The notes below the pieces were generated by a model that made no database searches, was not told where the DNA came from, and worked only from the letters and a program-made list of their open reading frames with translations. Shown here in pieces: positions 29,908 through 38,552 of a stretch of DNA of 64,000 nt. Location: positions 38,379 to 102,378 of the forward strand of contig JADZCU010000032.1 of assembly GCA_020851415.1 (NCBI GenBank), given 5' to 3'. The position numbers and the translations under genes are program-made. Numbering within the stretch: the stretch's first letter is position 1; every line of letters begins with the position of its first letter. This stretch comes from Candidatus Peregrinibacteria bacterium (GTDB taxonomy: Bacteria; Patescibacteriota; Gracilibacteria; UBA1369).

Positions 29908-30777
29908 TCAAGGAGGTCTTTTTTGATTTTCTGTTTCAATAAAAAATTGCCCTGCTTCAGCGGTAATATCCACCCGTCCATCCATATCGGTCCGAAAAAA
30001 CTCAATTCCCCGTTCGGCAAAATGCTGCAAAGTTTCCGGATGCGGATGTTTGAAAGTATTATTGATCCCACAGGAAATAACGGCAATTTGCGGCCTAATG
30101 GCCTCCAAAAGTGCTTCGCTGCTGCTCGTCCTGCTGCCATGGTGCCCCGCCTTCAAAACACCAGCGTGTAAATTTTGCCCGCTTCTCAAAAGTTCCTCTT
30201 CGCCCTCTTTTTCCAGGTCGCCCGAAAAATAAATAGTTCCATCGCGACTCAAGAGTCGAAAACTGATGGAACTATTATTCAGGTTTTCATATCTGTCACC
30301 CTGCGCCAGTTTGAGCGGATACACCATATCCAAAGCAACGGTCCCTAAACGGTAATCGGTATCCGAGTGGGCAAAGAAGATGGAAATTTTCTTCCGGGCA
30401 ATCTGATCCATAAACTCTTCATACGCAGAGCTTTTATAAAAAACACCCGTAATAATGACATTCGAAACCTGGTAATGCTGAAAAACCTCCAGCAACCCGT
30501 TCATATGATCAGCATGAGGATGAGTCAAAATCATTACGTCAATTTTTCTTTCATATAAAGGCAAAACCTTTGCCAGTTCACGCAGCACAGTTCCATCCGG
30601 CCCGCCATCAATCAAAATATTTTCTCCAGTATCAAGTCTCACCAAAATTGAATCACCCTGACCAATATTCAAAACATACACATGCAATGCATGATCAGTT
30701 ATGCCGCCGAGGATTTTCCAAAGCAAAAAAAATAAAACCACGGCAGCCGCAAAAAATATTCCAAGTAATTTTTTCAT
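29908..30777 (-). CDS. Stand-alone ComEC-type metallo-beta-lactamase domain protein
   Basis: It has an N-terminal TM segment, VLNIGQGDSILV, THPHADHMNGL and LKAGHHGSRTSS. These match the C-terminal domain of ComEC/Rec2. Confidence 0.85.
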   Translation of the reverse strand: MKKLLGIFFAAAVVLFFLLWKILGGITDHALHVYVLNIGQGDSILVRLDTGENILIDGGPDGTVLRELAKVLPLYERKIDVMILTHPHADHMNGLLEVFQHYQVSNVIITGVFYKSSAYEEFMDQIARKKISIFFAHSDTDYRLGTVALDMVYPLKLAQGDRYENLNNSSISFRLLSRDGTIYFSGDLEKEGEEELLRSGQNLHAGVLKAGHHGSRTSSSEALLEAIRPQIAVISCGINNTFKHPHPETLQHFAERGIEFFRTDMDGRVDITAEAGQFFIETENQKRPP

Positions 30778-30850
30778 GCCACCACACTGCCAGCATGACC
30801 TAAAATTTTTCTAACAACATCCACACTTCCTTTTTCGGGTATACACCAAA

Positions 30851-30878
30851 GAAAAAAGCCGTTATGACGGACGGCTTT
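30851..30878 (-). terminator. Rho-independent terminator of the LPXTG protein gene
   Basis: The minus strand reads AAAGCCGUCCGUCAUAACGGCUUUUUU, just after the stop codon at 30957. Confidence 0.6.
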
Positions 30879-30956
30879 CTTCTATCGTATTTTTTGCTTT
30901 TTATTTTCCCTGTTTAAAAATATGGTTATCAACCGGACCTCGCCCGGTTTACGCAA

Positions 30957-32582
30957 TTATTTGCACATTTTCTTACGACGTTGCATAAGTTTTCCAAGAC
31001 CCATTGAACCAAGTCCAAGGAACAAAAGTTCAGGACCAGTGCCAGGAAGAATCAAACTTGCTACAACACCGACACTTTCATTGCCTGCGCTGTCACGTGT
31101 CGTGAGTTTGAAGAAATATTTTACCCCCGGAACAAGATCAAGTACTTCCAAATTTGAAGCAGCTGCATCTACAAGTACGCCAGGACCATAAGTTGTTCCA
31201 TCTGTACTCTTATAAAGAACGTAGTTAGCAAGATCACCTGCTGAGTTCAAGCTGGCAACCCATGTAAGTTTTGCCATCAATTTACCCATGGCGGCTGCAG
31301 TGAACAGAGTTGCATCTTCTGGAGCAACGGTGTCAGAAACCACCTGTGTTTCTTGGGTTTCCTGAGTCCCTTGTGTAGGAGTGACCACCTGTGTCTCCTG
31401 TGTGGCAGGGGCACTGGTGTCAAACCAACCAAAGAATGTCGTAGCGTTATTATCTACGTTGATAAGATTGCCTGCTACATCTTTAACATCCAAAGCAATC
31501 AAATTATAGTTCATCTGTTTTTGAGGAGCCGTAGCGATAGTAATAGTTTTACCATCTTCGCTTAACTCGGCGCTCACAATATCAAGTGAGTTTTCAATAT
31601 TCTGTTCTTCAGTGATAACAAAGTTCAAAGGAGATGCTGAAGCAGCTTCAATAACTTCTGAGAAAGTAACAACAACATGTTGAGCGTCAGGTACGCTTAC
31701 CGCAACAAGTTCCGGTGGAACAGTATCGGCTGCGGCAGCTTCCTGGGTTGTTTGCTGTGTCACAAAAGGCATAGTTGTTGCAGATCCTTTAAATACTGCT
31801 GTATCTGAAGTTCCGCTTACAATAGGATTACCGGATTTGTCTTTAATTTGAATGCTGGCTGTAACAATATAGTTAACGTTTAATTCCTGATTACCTGTTG
31901 TTAAAACAACAGTTTTCCCGGAAACATCGGAAGCATCAATAAGTGCTTCTTGAACAACCAAAGCTACCTGAGTACTATCATTCTTAATAGAGAAAGCATT
32001 TTCAGGTTGAGTAGTCGGAAGAGTTACCGGTTCAGAAAAGACAACTCTCACCATATTCATATACGGAGCTTCTGCCTTAACAAGTTTTGGAGCTTCACTG
32101 TCAGCTGCAGCATGTGCAGGAGTAGCGCTTACTTCAGAACTGTAACTGGTACTTTCGTTACCTGCCTCATCATAGGCTGTAACGGCAAAGTAATAAGTTA
32201 CACCGTTTGTAAGTCCGCCAACGGTAAAGGCAATCTTATTGCCGGCGTCGATCGGGCCAAACTGGTAATCACAACCATCGCAGTTAACAGACTCCTTACC
32301 ATAATATACTCTGTATCCTTTTACAGCAGCATTATCAGTAGTAACATTCCAGGTAAGGTTTACCTGGGCGTTACCTGCGGAAGCTTTGACGTTTTCAACA
32401 TCTGCCGGAGGCGTTGTGTCTGCAAGAGCTACTACATCGCTCTTATCAGGAATCACATCTTCCTGCGCGTATGTTGCCGGAGCAACTAATACCAAAAGAA
32501 GAAGTGAAGTCAGTACAAATGCCAGTGTGCCAAACACGGAAGAACGGTGTGTTGCAGCGAGTGCAGATACTTTGTTTTTCAT
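30957..32582 (-). CDS. Surface protein with FN3 and Ig-like repeats and a C-terminal LPXTG-type sorting signal
   Basis: It has a signal peptide and FN3-like segments (GYRVYYG..., TYYFAVTAYDEAGNES; KYFFKLTTRDSAGNES). The C-terminus is LPGTG, then a hydrophobic stretch, then RRKK. Confidence 0.7.
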   Translation of the reverse strand: MKNKVSALAATHRSSVFGTLAFVLTSLLLLVLVAPATYAQEDVIPDKSDVVALADTTPPADVENVKASAGNAQVNLTWNVTTDNAAVKGYRVYYGKESVNCDGCDYQFGPIDAGNKIAFTVGGLTNGVTYYFAVTAYDEAGNESTSYSSEVSATPAHAAADSEAPKLVKAEAPYMNMVRVVFSEPVTLPTTQPENAFSIKNDSTQVALVVQEALIDASDVSGKTVVLTTGNQELNVNYIVTASIQIKDKSGNPIVSGTSDTAVFKGSATTMPFVTQQTTQEAAAADTVPPELVAVSVPDAQHVVVTFSEVIEAASASPLNFVITEEQNIENSLDIVSAELSEDGKTITIATAPQKQMNYNLIALDVKDVAGNLINVDNNATTFFGWFDTSAPATQETQVVTPTQGTQETQETQVVSDTVAPEDATLFTAAAMGKLMAKLTWVASLNSAGDLANYVLYKSTDGTTYGPGVLVDAAASNLEVLDLVPGVKYFFKLTTRDSAGNESVGVVASLILPGTGPELLFLGLGSMGLGKLMQRRKKMCK

Positions 32583-32770
32583 ATTTTTTTTGTTTAAAAA
32601 TTTTGTTTAATCAGGAAATTATAGCAAAAAAAAGAGATTTATTGAAGTCCACAAGCCCACAAACCTCAGTATTCATATTGACATATTTTTCAAATGTTGA
32701 ATTGCAAAGTGTGTATTCCTCTCATATAATAGGTCCAATAAATAAGACTTTGCTTAGATAAGTACCTGCC

Positions 32771-35326
32771 ATGAAACTCCTGCTCAACTCTGAAGTCATC
32801 CAGTCAATTCCGGGCGTTACCGTTGCCGCTGTGGTAATGAAAAACGTAAAAAACCTCCGCAAAACATCAACTATTGCGTCATTACTCCGTGGTGTGTGCG
32901 CAGAAAAAAAACGCGAGCTCAAAGACGAAGATAAGAAAAAAATGATTCAGAACCTGCTGAAGACGGGTACCCAGGAAGGAAAAACTCTTTCTGAAGTTCA
33001 GCTCATTAAGAACCTCCTTAATAAAATTGGTACTGGCAAAGACGTAGATTCAATGAACAATCTTGCCGATCTGCTGCACTTTTTAAGTATTAAATATCTG
33101 ATCCCCACATTCGCGCGGGACCTGGATCAGGTTGAAAAGGACTTGGAGGTCGCATTTATCGTGCCGAAAAAAGGCAAGAAGGTAGAGGATTACGATATAG
33201 TTCCTGAAACGAATCATATCGTATTTTGGTTGGTAGACATCGGTTCACACCTGAAGGAAGATTTCCTCCGGATGCCCGATATGTTTGCTGCATCTGTTCA
33301 AAAATATTGTGGTGGAGAAAAAGAAGCGGTTTATTGGCTGAATGCAGATTTAAAAGAAATTGATCTGCAGTACACTTCGGAAAAAGAAAAAGAGTATAAA
33401 GAAACCGAAGCACAAAAAGCTCAGGAACAGGAAATTATTGAACAAATCAAAACAACCGACACAGTTCCATTCATAGAAGAAACAGTACCGGAACCGGAAG
33501 GAGTCCCTGCGGAAGCGGAAGTTTCAGTAAAAGAAATTATTTCTGAACAGCTGCTCAAGGCACTGAAGTCTTACCTAGCTGCAGAAAATTTGCAGGTGCC
33601 GGAATATGAACAAAAAGTTCAGTTGGAAAACCCTCACGATCTCACCCATGGTGACATTGCCTGCAACATAGCAATGAAGTTATCCAAAATTCTGGGCAGA
33701 TCGCCGCGTGAACTTGCAGAAGGGATTCTCAAACACTTGGAACCGTTAAGTCAGGTGGAAGGTACGGAAATTGCCGGCCCCGGCTTTATCAATTTCAAAC
33801 TTTCCAAATCTTATCTCGAGCATGAACTGGAAAATATCATCAAGCAAAAACAGCATTTCGGTCGCTCAAATGTGGGAGCAGGGCACAAAATCATGATCGA
33901 ATATTCATCTCCGAATATTGCAAAACCGTTGGGGGTTCACCATTTGCTTTCAACAATTATTGGTCAAACGTTGGTGGACATCTATCGCTATCTCGGCTAC
34001 GAGGTAATGGCAGTGAACTATCCGGGAGACTGGGGGACTCAATTCGGTAAGCTTTTATACGCATACAAAAATTGGGGCAATATGGAAGTCGTCCAGAAAG
34101 ACCCCCTCAACGAATTACTCAAACTCTACGTTCAGTTCCACAATGAAGCCGAAAAAGATCCAACCCTGGACGACAGGGGACGCGAAGAGTTTAAAAAACT
34201 TGAAGAAGGAGATGAAGAAAATCATCGTTTATGGCAGTGGATGAAAGACCTCAGCATTAAAGAAATCGAACGCCTCTATCAAAAACTCGGCGTGAAATTC
34301 GATCTGTATCTGGGTGAACAAATGTATCTGGAAGCCGCCAAAGATGTGATCAAAGAAGGCTTGGATAAAGCAATAATCACACTCGGAGAACGCGATGCGC
34401 TCATCGTAAAATACGAAAACGATAAATATCCTCCATCAATCGTTCAAAAATCCGACGGCACAACCATGTATTCCACTCGTGATTTAGCAAGCATCAAAGA
34501 CCGTATCGAAAAATATCACCCGGAAAAAATTGTCTATGTAGTGGATGTTGCCCAAACGCTGCATTTCAATCAACTGTTTGAAACGGCAAGTTTACTCGGT
34601 TATACGGGAACAGATTTGGTGCATGTAGTTTTCGGCCGCATGCAAATGCCGGAAGGCCGCATGAGTACACGTAAAGGTGAAGTAATTTTATTAGATGAAG
34701 TAATCAGCGAAGCGGAACAAAAAACCAAAGAGCTGACTGCGGAAAAAAGTTCTGAACTTTCCGAGAATGAACGCAAAGATGTAGCGGAAAAAATGGCAAT
34801 AAGTGCTATCAAATACAACATCATTTCTCAGAATCGCGAAACCAATATTACATTTGAATGGGATAAGATCCTTTCATTGGAAGGGAACAGCGGCCCATAT
34901 CTGGAGTACGCCTACGCGCGCGCGCGCAGTATTTTAAGAAAATACCGTGAAAGTCTCCGCGCCCAGCCAAAGCCACTCTTAAGTAAAGACGGACAAACAT
35001 CTCTCTTCAGCGCCGCAGAGGAGTCAAAGCCCACAGAGCCGGATACGGAACCGTTCATGCACCCAAGTGAGCAAAGGCTCATGCGCATGCTCTACAAATT
35101 CCCGGAAGTAATAGAAAGAGCCGCCGCCGACTTCAAGCCAAATCATCTCTGCACATATTTATACGACCTCTCTCGCGCCTTTAGCAGCTTTTACAATGAA
35201 GCCCCAGTTCTAAGCGCTAGCCGTGATGACGTCAAGCAGGCGCGTCTGAAATTGGTAGAAGGTTTTAGTCACGTCCTGGGCAATGGGTTAAAAGTTTTAG
35301 GCATCGCAACATTTGAACGGATGTAA
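32771..35326 (+). CDS. argS: Arginine--tRNA ligase with an N-terminal extension of about 250 aa that contains a B3/4-like domain
   Basis: The ArgRS core runs from about aa 255: HGDIACNIAMKLSK, SSPNIAKPLGVHHL (HIGH) and MSTRKG. The N-terminus SEVIQSIPGVTVAAVVMKNV...NNLADLLHFLSIKYLIPTFARDLDQVEKDLEV resembles B3/4 domain proteins. Confidence 0.9.
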   Translation: MKLLLNSEVIQSIPGVTVAAVVMKNVKNLRKTSTIASLLRGVCAEKKRELKDEDKKKMIQNLLKTGTQEGKTLSEVQLIKNLLNKIGTGKDVDSMNNLADLLHFLSIKYLIPTFARDLDQVEKDLEVAFIVPKKGKKVEDYDIVPETNHIVFWLVDIGSHLKEDFLRMPDMFAASVQKYCGGEKEAVYWLNADLKEIDLQYTSEKEKEYKETEAQKAQEQEIIEQIKTTDTVPFIEETVPEPEGVPAEAEVSVKEIISEQLLKALKSYLAAENLQVPEYEQKVQLENPHDLTHGDIACNIAMKLSKILGRSPRELAEGILKHLEPLSQVEGTEIAGPGFINFKLSKSYLEHELENIIKQKQHFGRSNVGAGHKIMIEYSSPNIAKPLGVHHLLSTIIGQTLVDIYRYLGYEVMAVNYPGDWGTQFGKLLYAYKNWGNMEVVQKDPLNELLKLYVQFHNEAEKDPTLDDRGREEFKKLEEGDEENHRLWQWMKDLSIKEIERLYQKLGVKFDLYLGEQMYLEAAKDVIKEGLDKAIITLGERDALIVKYENDKYPPSIVQKSDGTTMYSTRDLASIKDRIEKYHPEKIVYVVDVAQTLHFNQLFETASLLGYTGTDLVHVVFGRMQMPEGRMSTRKGEVILLDEVISEAEQKTKELTAEKSSELSENERKDVAEKMAISAIKYNIISQNRETNITFEWDKILSLEGNSGPYLEYAYARARSILRKYRESLRAQPKPLLSKDGQTSLFSAAEESKPTEPDTEPFMHPSEQRLMRMLYKFPEVIERAAADFKPNHLCTYLYDLSRAFSSFYNEAPVLSASRDDVKQARLKLVEGFSHVLGNGLKVLGIATFERM

Positions 35327-35409
35327 ATATTTCAAATGATAATTCGTTTGAGCCAAATTGTGTTGTAAAAAAATTTAGCGCAGCAGGAATAAGCCAGCGT
35401 TAACAATAT

Positions 35410-35438
35410 TTGACATCAGACCTATTAAAAGCTTTAAT
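35410..35438 (+). promoter_or_regulatory. Sigma70-type promoter upstream of the pentapeptide-repeat gene
   Basis: TTGACA lies at 35410-35415 and TTTAAT at 35433-35438, with a 17-nt spacer. Confidence 0.4.
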
Positions 35439-35515
35439 ACAGCCTTCTCTAAGACTTGTCTTTTGACTGTGTCCAAGAGAGTTACTTAACAACCGGATAA
35501 ACGTTTAGACCGAAA

Positions 35516-36250
35516 GTGAGGGAGGGCATGCCCCCCAAGGCTACAGGAAAATCCCGCAGTCGCAGAGTTTCAGCCAAAGAGATGCTGGTCATCTTTTCTG
35601 AGCTTCGAAACGGTTCCCTTCAGAAAGCCGATCTTTCGAGGTTAGATCTCACCGGTCTTGACCTCGCCGGCATCAACCTGTGCAGCGCCAACATGACTCG
35701 TGTGGTGCTTGCCGACGCTGACCTCAGGTTGGCAAGATTCGATGGTGCCGTGCTGAAAAGCGCAGATTTCACCAGCGCGAGACTTGAGCGAGCCAGCTTC
35801 AAGTACGCGCAAATCAACAAGGCCAGTTTCCGCCATGCAAAAATGCAGCACGCATGTTTTCGTATGGCGCAGATGACCGGCGTCGACCTGATCCAGGCGG
35901 TACTGTTTGAAGCCGACCTGGAGTGTGCCATTTTGGATCAGGCCGTATTGGACATGGCCGATCTGCAGAAGGCGCACATGCCGGGGATTCAGGCAAGGAT
36001 GGCCAAACTCCAGGGAGCAAATCTCCGGGGGGCGAACCTGTCGCAAGCCAAGCTCCGCGAAGCAGATTTGGCCGGCGCAAATCTTGCGAAGGCAAACCTC
36101 TACGACGCAGACCTCTCCAGCTCCAACCTTTCCGGCGCCAATCTCTGTGGTGCCAGAATGGAAGAAGCCAGACTCGACGACGCTAAGCTTGAAGGAGCGC
36201 AGTGGGACAAAACCACTGAGTGGCCTCTGGGTTTCGGCCCTCCTCGCTAA
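35516..36250 (+). CDS. Pentapeptide-repeat protein
   Basis: A(D/N)LXX quintets run through most of the protein (ADLSRLDLTGLDLAGINLCSANMTRVVLADADLRLARFDGAVL...). The start is either GTG at 35516 or ATG at 35528. Confidence 0.85.
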   Translation: MREGMPPKATGKSRSRRVSAKEMLVIFSELRNGSLQKADLSRLDLTGLDLAGINLCSANMTRVVLADADLRLARFDGAVLKSADFTSARLERASFKYAQINKASFRHAKMQHACFRMAQMTGVDLIQAVLFEADLECAILDQAVLDMADLQKAHMPGIQARMAKLQGANLRGANLSQAKLREADLAGANLAKANLYDADLSSSNLSGANLCGARMEEARLDDAKLEGAQWDKTTEWPLGFGPPR

Positions 36251-36390
36251 ACGTCAAATATCCGGTAATGCTCACCGCTTGATTATGCTGCAAAGCAAAA
36301 TCGCGGTGGGCTTCCCAAATTACAAAGCGCAAGAAGCATGAGAGTATAAAAAAACTCCTTGGTTTCTTAAATGTATCCCAGCAAAATTTT

Positions 36391-36465
36391 TGGAGGCGGC
36401 ACCCGGGTTCGAACCGGGGAATGACGGTTTTGCAAACCGTTGCCTTACCACTTGGCTATACCGCC
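36391..36465 (-). tRNA. tRNA-Cys (anticodon GCA), CCA encoded
   Basis: The reverse complement reads GGCGGTATAGCCAAGTGGTAAGGCAACGGTTTGCAAAACCGTCATTCCCCGGTTCGAACCCGGGTGCCGCCTCCA. The anticodon loop is TTGCAAA. Confidence 0.93.
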
Positions 36466-36470
36466 TAATA

Positions 36471-36713
36471 TTATGTAAGGATTTGAATAATCGCCACCAG
36501 GGCAATGACTGTCCAAACCGCATTCAGAGCTGCCGGCTGGTAAGTTTTTTTCTTGTAAGAAATATACGTTACGCCAACCGCACCGGTTAGGTTCAACATT
36601 TGATAAATAAGTGTTTCACTAGCTATCACATTGAAACTCAGCAATCCATAAGCCCCAACAATTGCCACAGCACCATACCATCCAATGACTTCATCTACGA
36701 TATTCGTTTTCAT
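36471..36713 (-). CDS. Small 3-TM membrane protein (80 aa) sandwiched between two tRNA genes
   Basis: It has three hydrophobic helices. The gene lies 5 nt from the tRNA-Cys 5' end and 17 nt from the tRNA-Ser 3' end. Confidence 0.55.
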   Translation of the reverse strand: MKTNIVDEVIGWYGAVAIVGAYGLLSFNVIASETLIYQMLNLTGAVGVTYISYKKKTYQPAALNAVWTVIALVAIIQILT

Positions 36714-36730
36714 AGAAAATTGATTATGTA

Positions 36731-36823
36731 TGGCGGAGAGGGAGAGATTCGAACTCTCGCTAGGGCCGAAACCCTACTACAGGATTAGCAATCCCGCCCC
36801 TTCAGCCACTTGGGTACCTCTCC
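36731..36823 (-). tRNA. tRNA-Ser (anticodon GCT), long variable arm, CCA encoded
   Basis: The reverse complement reads GGAGAGGTACCCAAGTGGCTGAAGGGGCGGGATTGCTAATCCTGTAGTAGGGTTTCGGCCCTAGCGAGAGTTCGAATCTCTCCCTCTCCGCCA. Confidence 0.92.
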
Positions 36824-36943
36824 GCATCAGCTGAACTATACATGCTTTCATAGGCCAATAAATGACCAAAAAGCCCCAAGATCATATAGTCTTCAATTAA
36901 AAAAATCAACAGCCTCTTCGCCAGCAAAGCCCACCTGAGTGTA

Positions 36944-36972
36944 TTGACTAGCAATATAATCTGTGCTATAAG
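36944..36972 (+). promoter_or_regulatory. Sigma70-type promoter upstream of the 37083 gene
   Basis: TTGACT lies at 36944-36949 and TATAAG at 36967-36972, with a 17-nt spacer. Confidence 0.4.
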
Positions 36973-37082
36973 GCGGGCGTCATTGAGGCAGCAGACACAC
37001 GTGCGGCCGCTTTTGCGTGTATCTGAATAATAAAAAGGTAAGAAAAAGCGGACTAATAAGCCAATTCATAACCAAAATTACT

Positions 37083-37961
37083 ATGGAAAACCAAATCCAC
37101 ACTCACCACGAAGACGCAACTCCAGATATTGCGGTAACAATTCCACGCGTTACCCCTGAAATTGTAACACCGGACACAGGAATATCCGCCCCCCAAGCAA
37201 ACCATTTTGAAGGATTACGCAAATATCTTGCTGGAGCATTGGCAGCGGCAGCTATTATCTCTGAATCAAATCCCGCACACGGAGATGAACCCAAAAAAGA
37301 TCCACAAGTACAGCAAGACAAAATAGTAAAAGTAGCTCGAATTGGGGGCAACCCATCCGAGACAGGCGACTCCATTGTGAAGCCGGTTCCCCAAAAAAAC
37401 GAAAAGCCACATGAAAGCCACCTCAAGCATCACACCATCAAAGTTGGAGCCATTGGATCTATCGACAAACATCCATCCTTTGGAACAGAAGTTTCTTGGT
37501 CATATATGCCAAATCTCGATGAAAACAGTAAACTGCACCTCACAATTACACCAATAAATTTTTTTGCTGCACAACACCACTTGGAATACGAAGGAAAAGG
37601 TGAAGTCCCGGGTGGTATTAAAACTGAACCAAAATATTTTGTCGGATCCATGGCAGGTTTCGTCTACAATATTACTCCACACGTAGAACTCGAATTCGAG
37701 GTAGGTGGCGGTATGGCGGCAATACCTTACTACAAAAGGTTTGAAAATAACGCATTCCAGAATTTTAGTTACCAGTTAGCGCCTGTTCTGAAAGCGGATT
37801 TACAAATGGACTTTGTAGTGAACCCTCATTTTCGTACGTATTTAGCATACTCACCTGAATATGTTCCAATGCCAATTCCGCACGCGATCAAAGACGATAA
37901 AATTGAAACAGCACCACATCTGTCACACGTAGTTGCAGTCGGAATAGGAACAGAATTCTAA
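37083..37961 (+). CDS. Hypothetical protein with an internal hydrophobic anchor and a C-terminal beta-barrel-like region ending in Phe
   Basis: The hydrophobic segment is YLAGALAAAAIISES. The C-terminal ~170 aa have an alternating beta-strand pattern and end in VAVGIGTEF. An alternative GTG start lies at 37017. Confidence 0.5.
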   Translation: MENQIHTHHEDATPDIAVTIPRVTPEIVTPDTGISAPQANHFEGLRKYLAGALAAAAIISESNPAHGDEPKKDPQVQQDKIVKVARIGGNPSETGDSIVKPVPQKNEKPHESHLKHHTIKVGAIGSIDKHPSFGTEVSWSYMPNLDENSKLHLTITPINFFAAQHHLEYEGKGEVPGGIKTEPKYFVGSMAGFVYNITPHVELEFEVGGGMAAIPYYKRFENNAFQNFSYQLAPVLKADLQMDFVVNPHFRTYLAYSPEYVPMPIPHAIKDDKIETAPHLSHVVAVGIGTEF

Positions 37962-37977
37962 AAGCCACAGCGAAAAA

Positions 37978-38010
37978 CAAAACCCCGGTCATCACTGACG
38001 CGGGGTTTTT
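37978..38010. terminator. Bidirectional terminator between convergent genes
   Basis: AAAACCCCGGTC...GACGCGGGGTTTTT forms the hairpin with flanking A and T runs. Confidence 0.65.
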
Positions 38011-38025
38011 AAAAATCAAAAAACA

Positions 38026-38454
38026 CTATACCCAGGCAGCCAAAACTGCACCCATAATCATCATGTTCACCAGCTGATAACCGGTATCAATTAAATACAG
38101 TTTTACCGGTTTATTGCTGAACATATGATTCATCAACATGGTTGTGGTACTAAAACCAAGCCAGCACCAAAATCCTGTTATCATGCCGGCAATCGCAGTT
38201 GTCGATCCGGTATAATCAACAAAATGTGAAAGCACAAAAGCAATAACAAAAGCGGCAATCAGGCTCATCACATAAGCCGGCCCGGCCTCTTTTTGCATTT
38301 TCTTCACATCGTCCTTTGATTTCAGATTATATCCCATCAGCTTCGACCATTGCTTGCCAAAAAGTACTGGCGAATACCAAAGCATACCAAGACCCATTTG
38401 CGTTATTGCACAAACAAGAATAGCCAAATAATTAATTGAGATAATGGTATTCAT
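38026..38454 (-). CDS. DUF1761 family membrane protein
   Basis: The N-terminus LAILVCAITQMGLGMLWYSPVLFGKQW and a 4-TM layout are typical of DUF1761. Confidence 0.75.
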   Translation of the reverse strand: MNTIISINYLAILVCAITQMGLGMLWYSPVLFGKQWSKLMGYNLKSKDDVKKMQKEAGPAYVMSLIAAFVIAFVLSHFVDYTGSTTAIAGMITGFWCWLGFSTTTMLMNHMFSNKPVKLYLIDTGYQLVNMMIMGAVLAAWV

Positions 38455-38552
38455 AAAGGTAAAAAATTAATGAAAGAGTGAATCAAACTCATTTTCAGCA
38501 AATACTCACACACTATATATGCGTATCACGGGGAAATAAACAAAAAGCGGCT

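Noticed and set aside
35620-36341. Several ORFs of 87-144 aa overlapping the pentapeptide-repeat gene on both strands
   Set aside because: They are artefacts of the high GC content, which leaves few stop codons. The pentapeptide frame has a clear repeat signature, and the others have Arg/Pro/Gly-rich nonsense composition.
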